From NCBI GenBank assembly GCA_053919585.1, contig CM132787.1: 64,000 nt of DNA. One strand, written 5' to 3'. Origin of the DNA: Euprymna scolopes. Taxonomy: Eukaryota. Made by a program: the position numbers and the translations under genes. How positions within the stretch are numbered: the stretch's first letter is position 1; the number at the start of each line of letters is the position of its first letter. Positions 63,670 through 64,000 of this stretch are shown piece by piece. The notes under the pieces are model-generated. The model ran no database searches. It saw only the letters and a program-made list of their open reading frames with translations, and was not told where the DNA came from.

Positions 63670-64000
63670 GGAGTAATCAATTCTCATGTCAATTATTTAC
63701 ATACGTAGAATACAATATACGTCGTAGATATAAACCACATATATAATATTAAATGGCTAGAAAAAGGAATATGGTATTACAGTAGATTAATGTGCATATT
63801 TTCCACATTAAACGTTACATATTTAATTGCTTTGCGCATATCTCATGAATAGGACTGTAGCAATATCCTTTTCGTTAATCTGGCTACACAGTATATGTCA
63901 GTTTATATCTTATATTGTTTCTTTATATAGAGTGATGTAGATCTTAATTGATTTACTGTGTCGAACTGTGTCGGATATATACCCGGGAGTCAAAACAATG

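Noticed and set aside
63411-63746. 111-aa poly-Asn ORF as a gene
   Set aside because: Non-ATG start, and it is kept open by an (AAT)n microsatellite. Only the short internal exon candidate is retained.

Overview
AT-rich, repeat-dominated eukaryotic (invertebrate-like) genomic DNA with six short N gaps and no intact host protein-coding gene that I can recognise. Positions 1-9767 are a 47-bp tandem satellite (about 208 monomers) with internal dyad symmetry and nested multi-monomer duplications. The rest is mostly decayed transposons. These include several copies of CR1/L2-group APE-RT LINEs, an RTE LINE fragment, a Ty3/Gypsy remnant, two mariners, a piggyBac and non-autonomous Helitrons. There are also Penelope-like elements (PLEs) from at least three lineages. 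The best-resolved PLE is a Naiad-type RT/GIY-YIG element (42843-47428) in an inverted two-arm arrangement inside a (TA)n tract, with type I hammerhead ribozymes. A separate 156-bp unit holds two divergent hammerheads with a compensatory base pair (40497-40652). The least expected signal is a run of plus-strand micro-exon candidates (16-30 nt, mostly multiples of 3) after a signal-peptide-like first exon just downstream of the satellite. One intron-plus-exon module is duplicated about 23 kb away. This suggests a possibly decayed micro-exon gene family, which needs RNA-seq to confirm. All homology calls come from motif recognition and by-eye alignment, not database searches.
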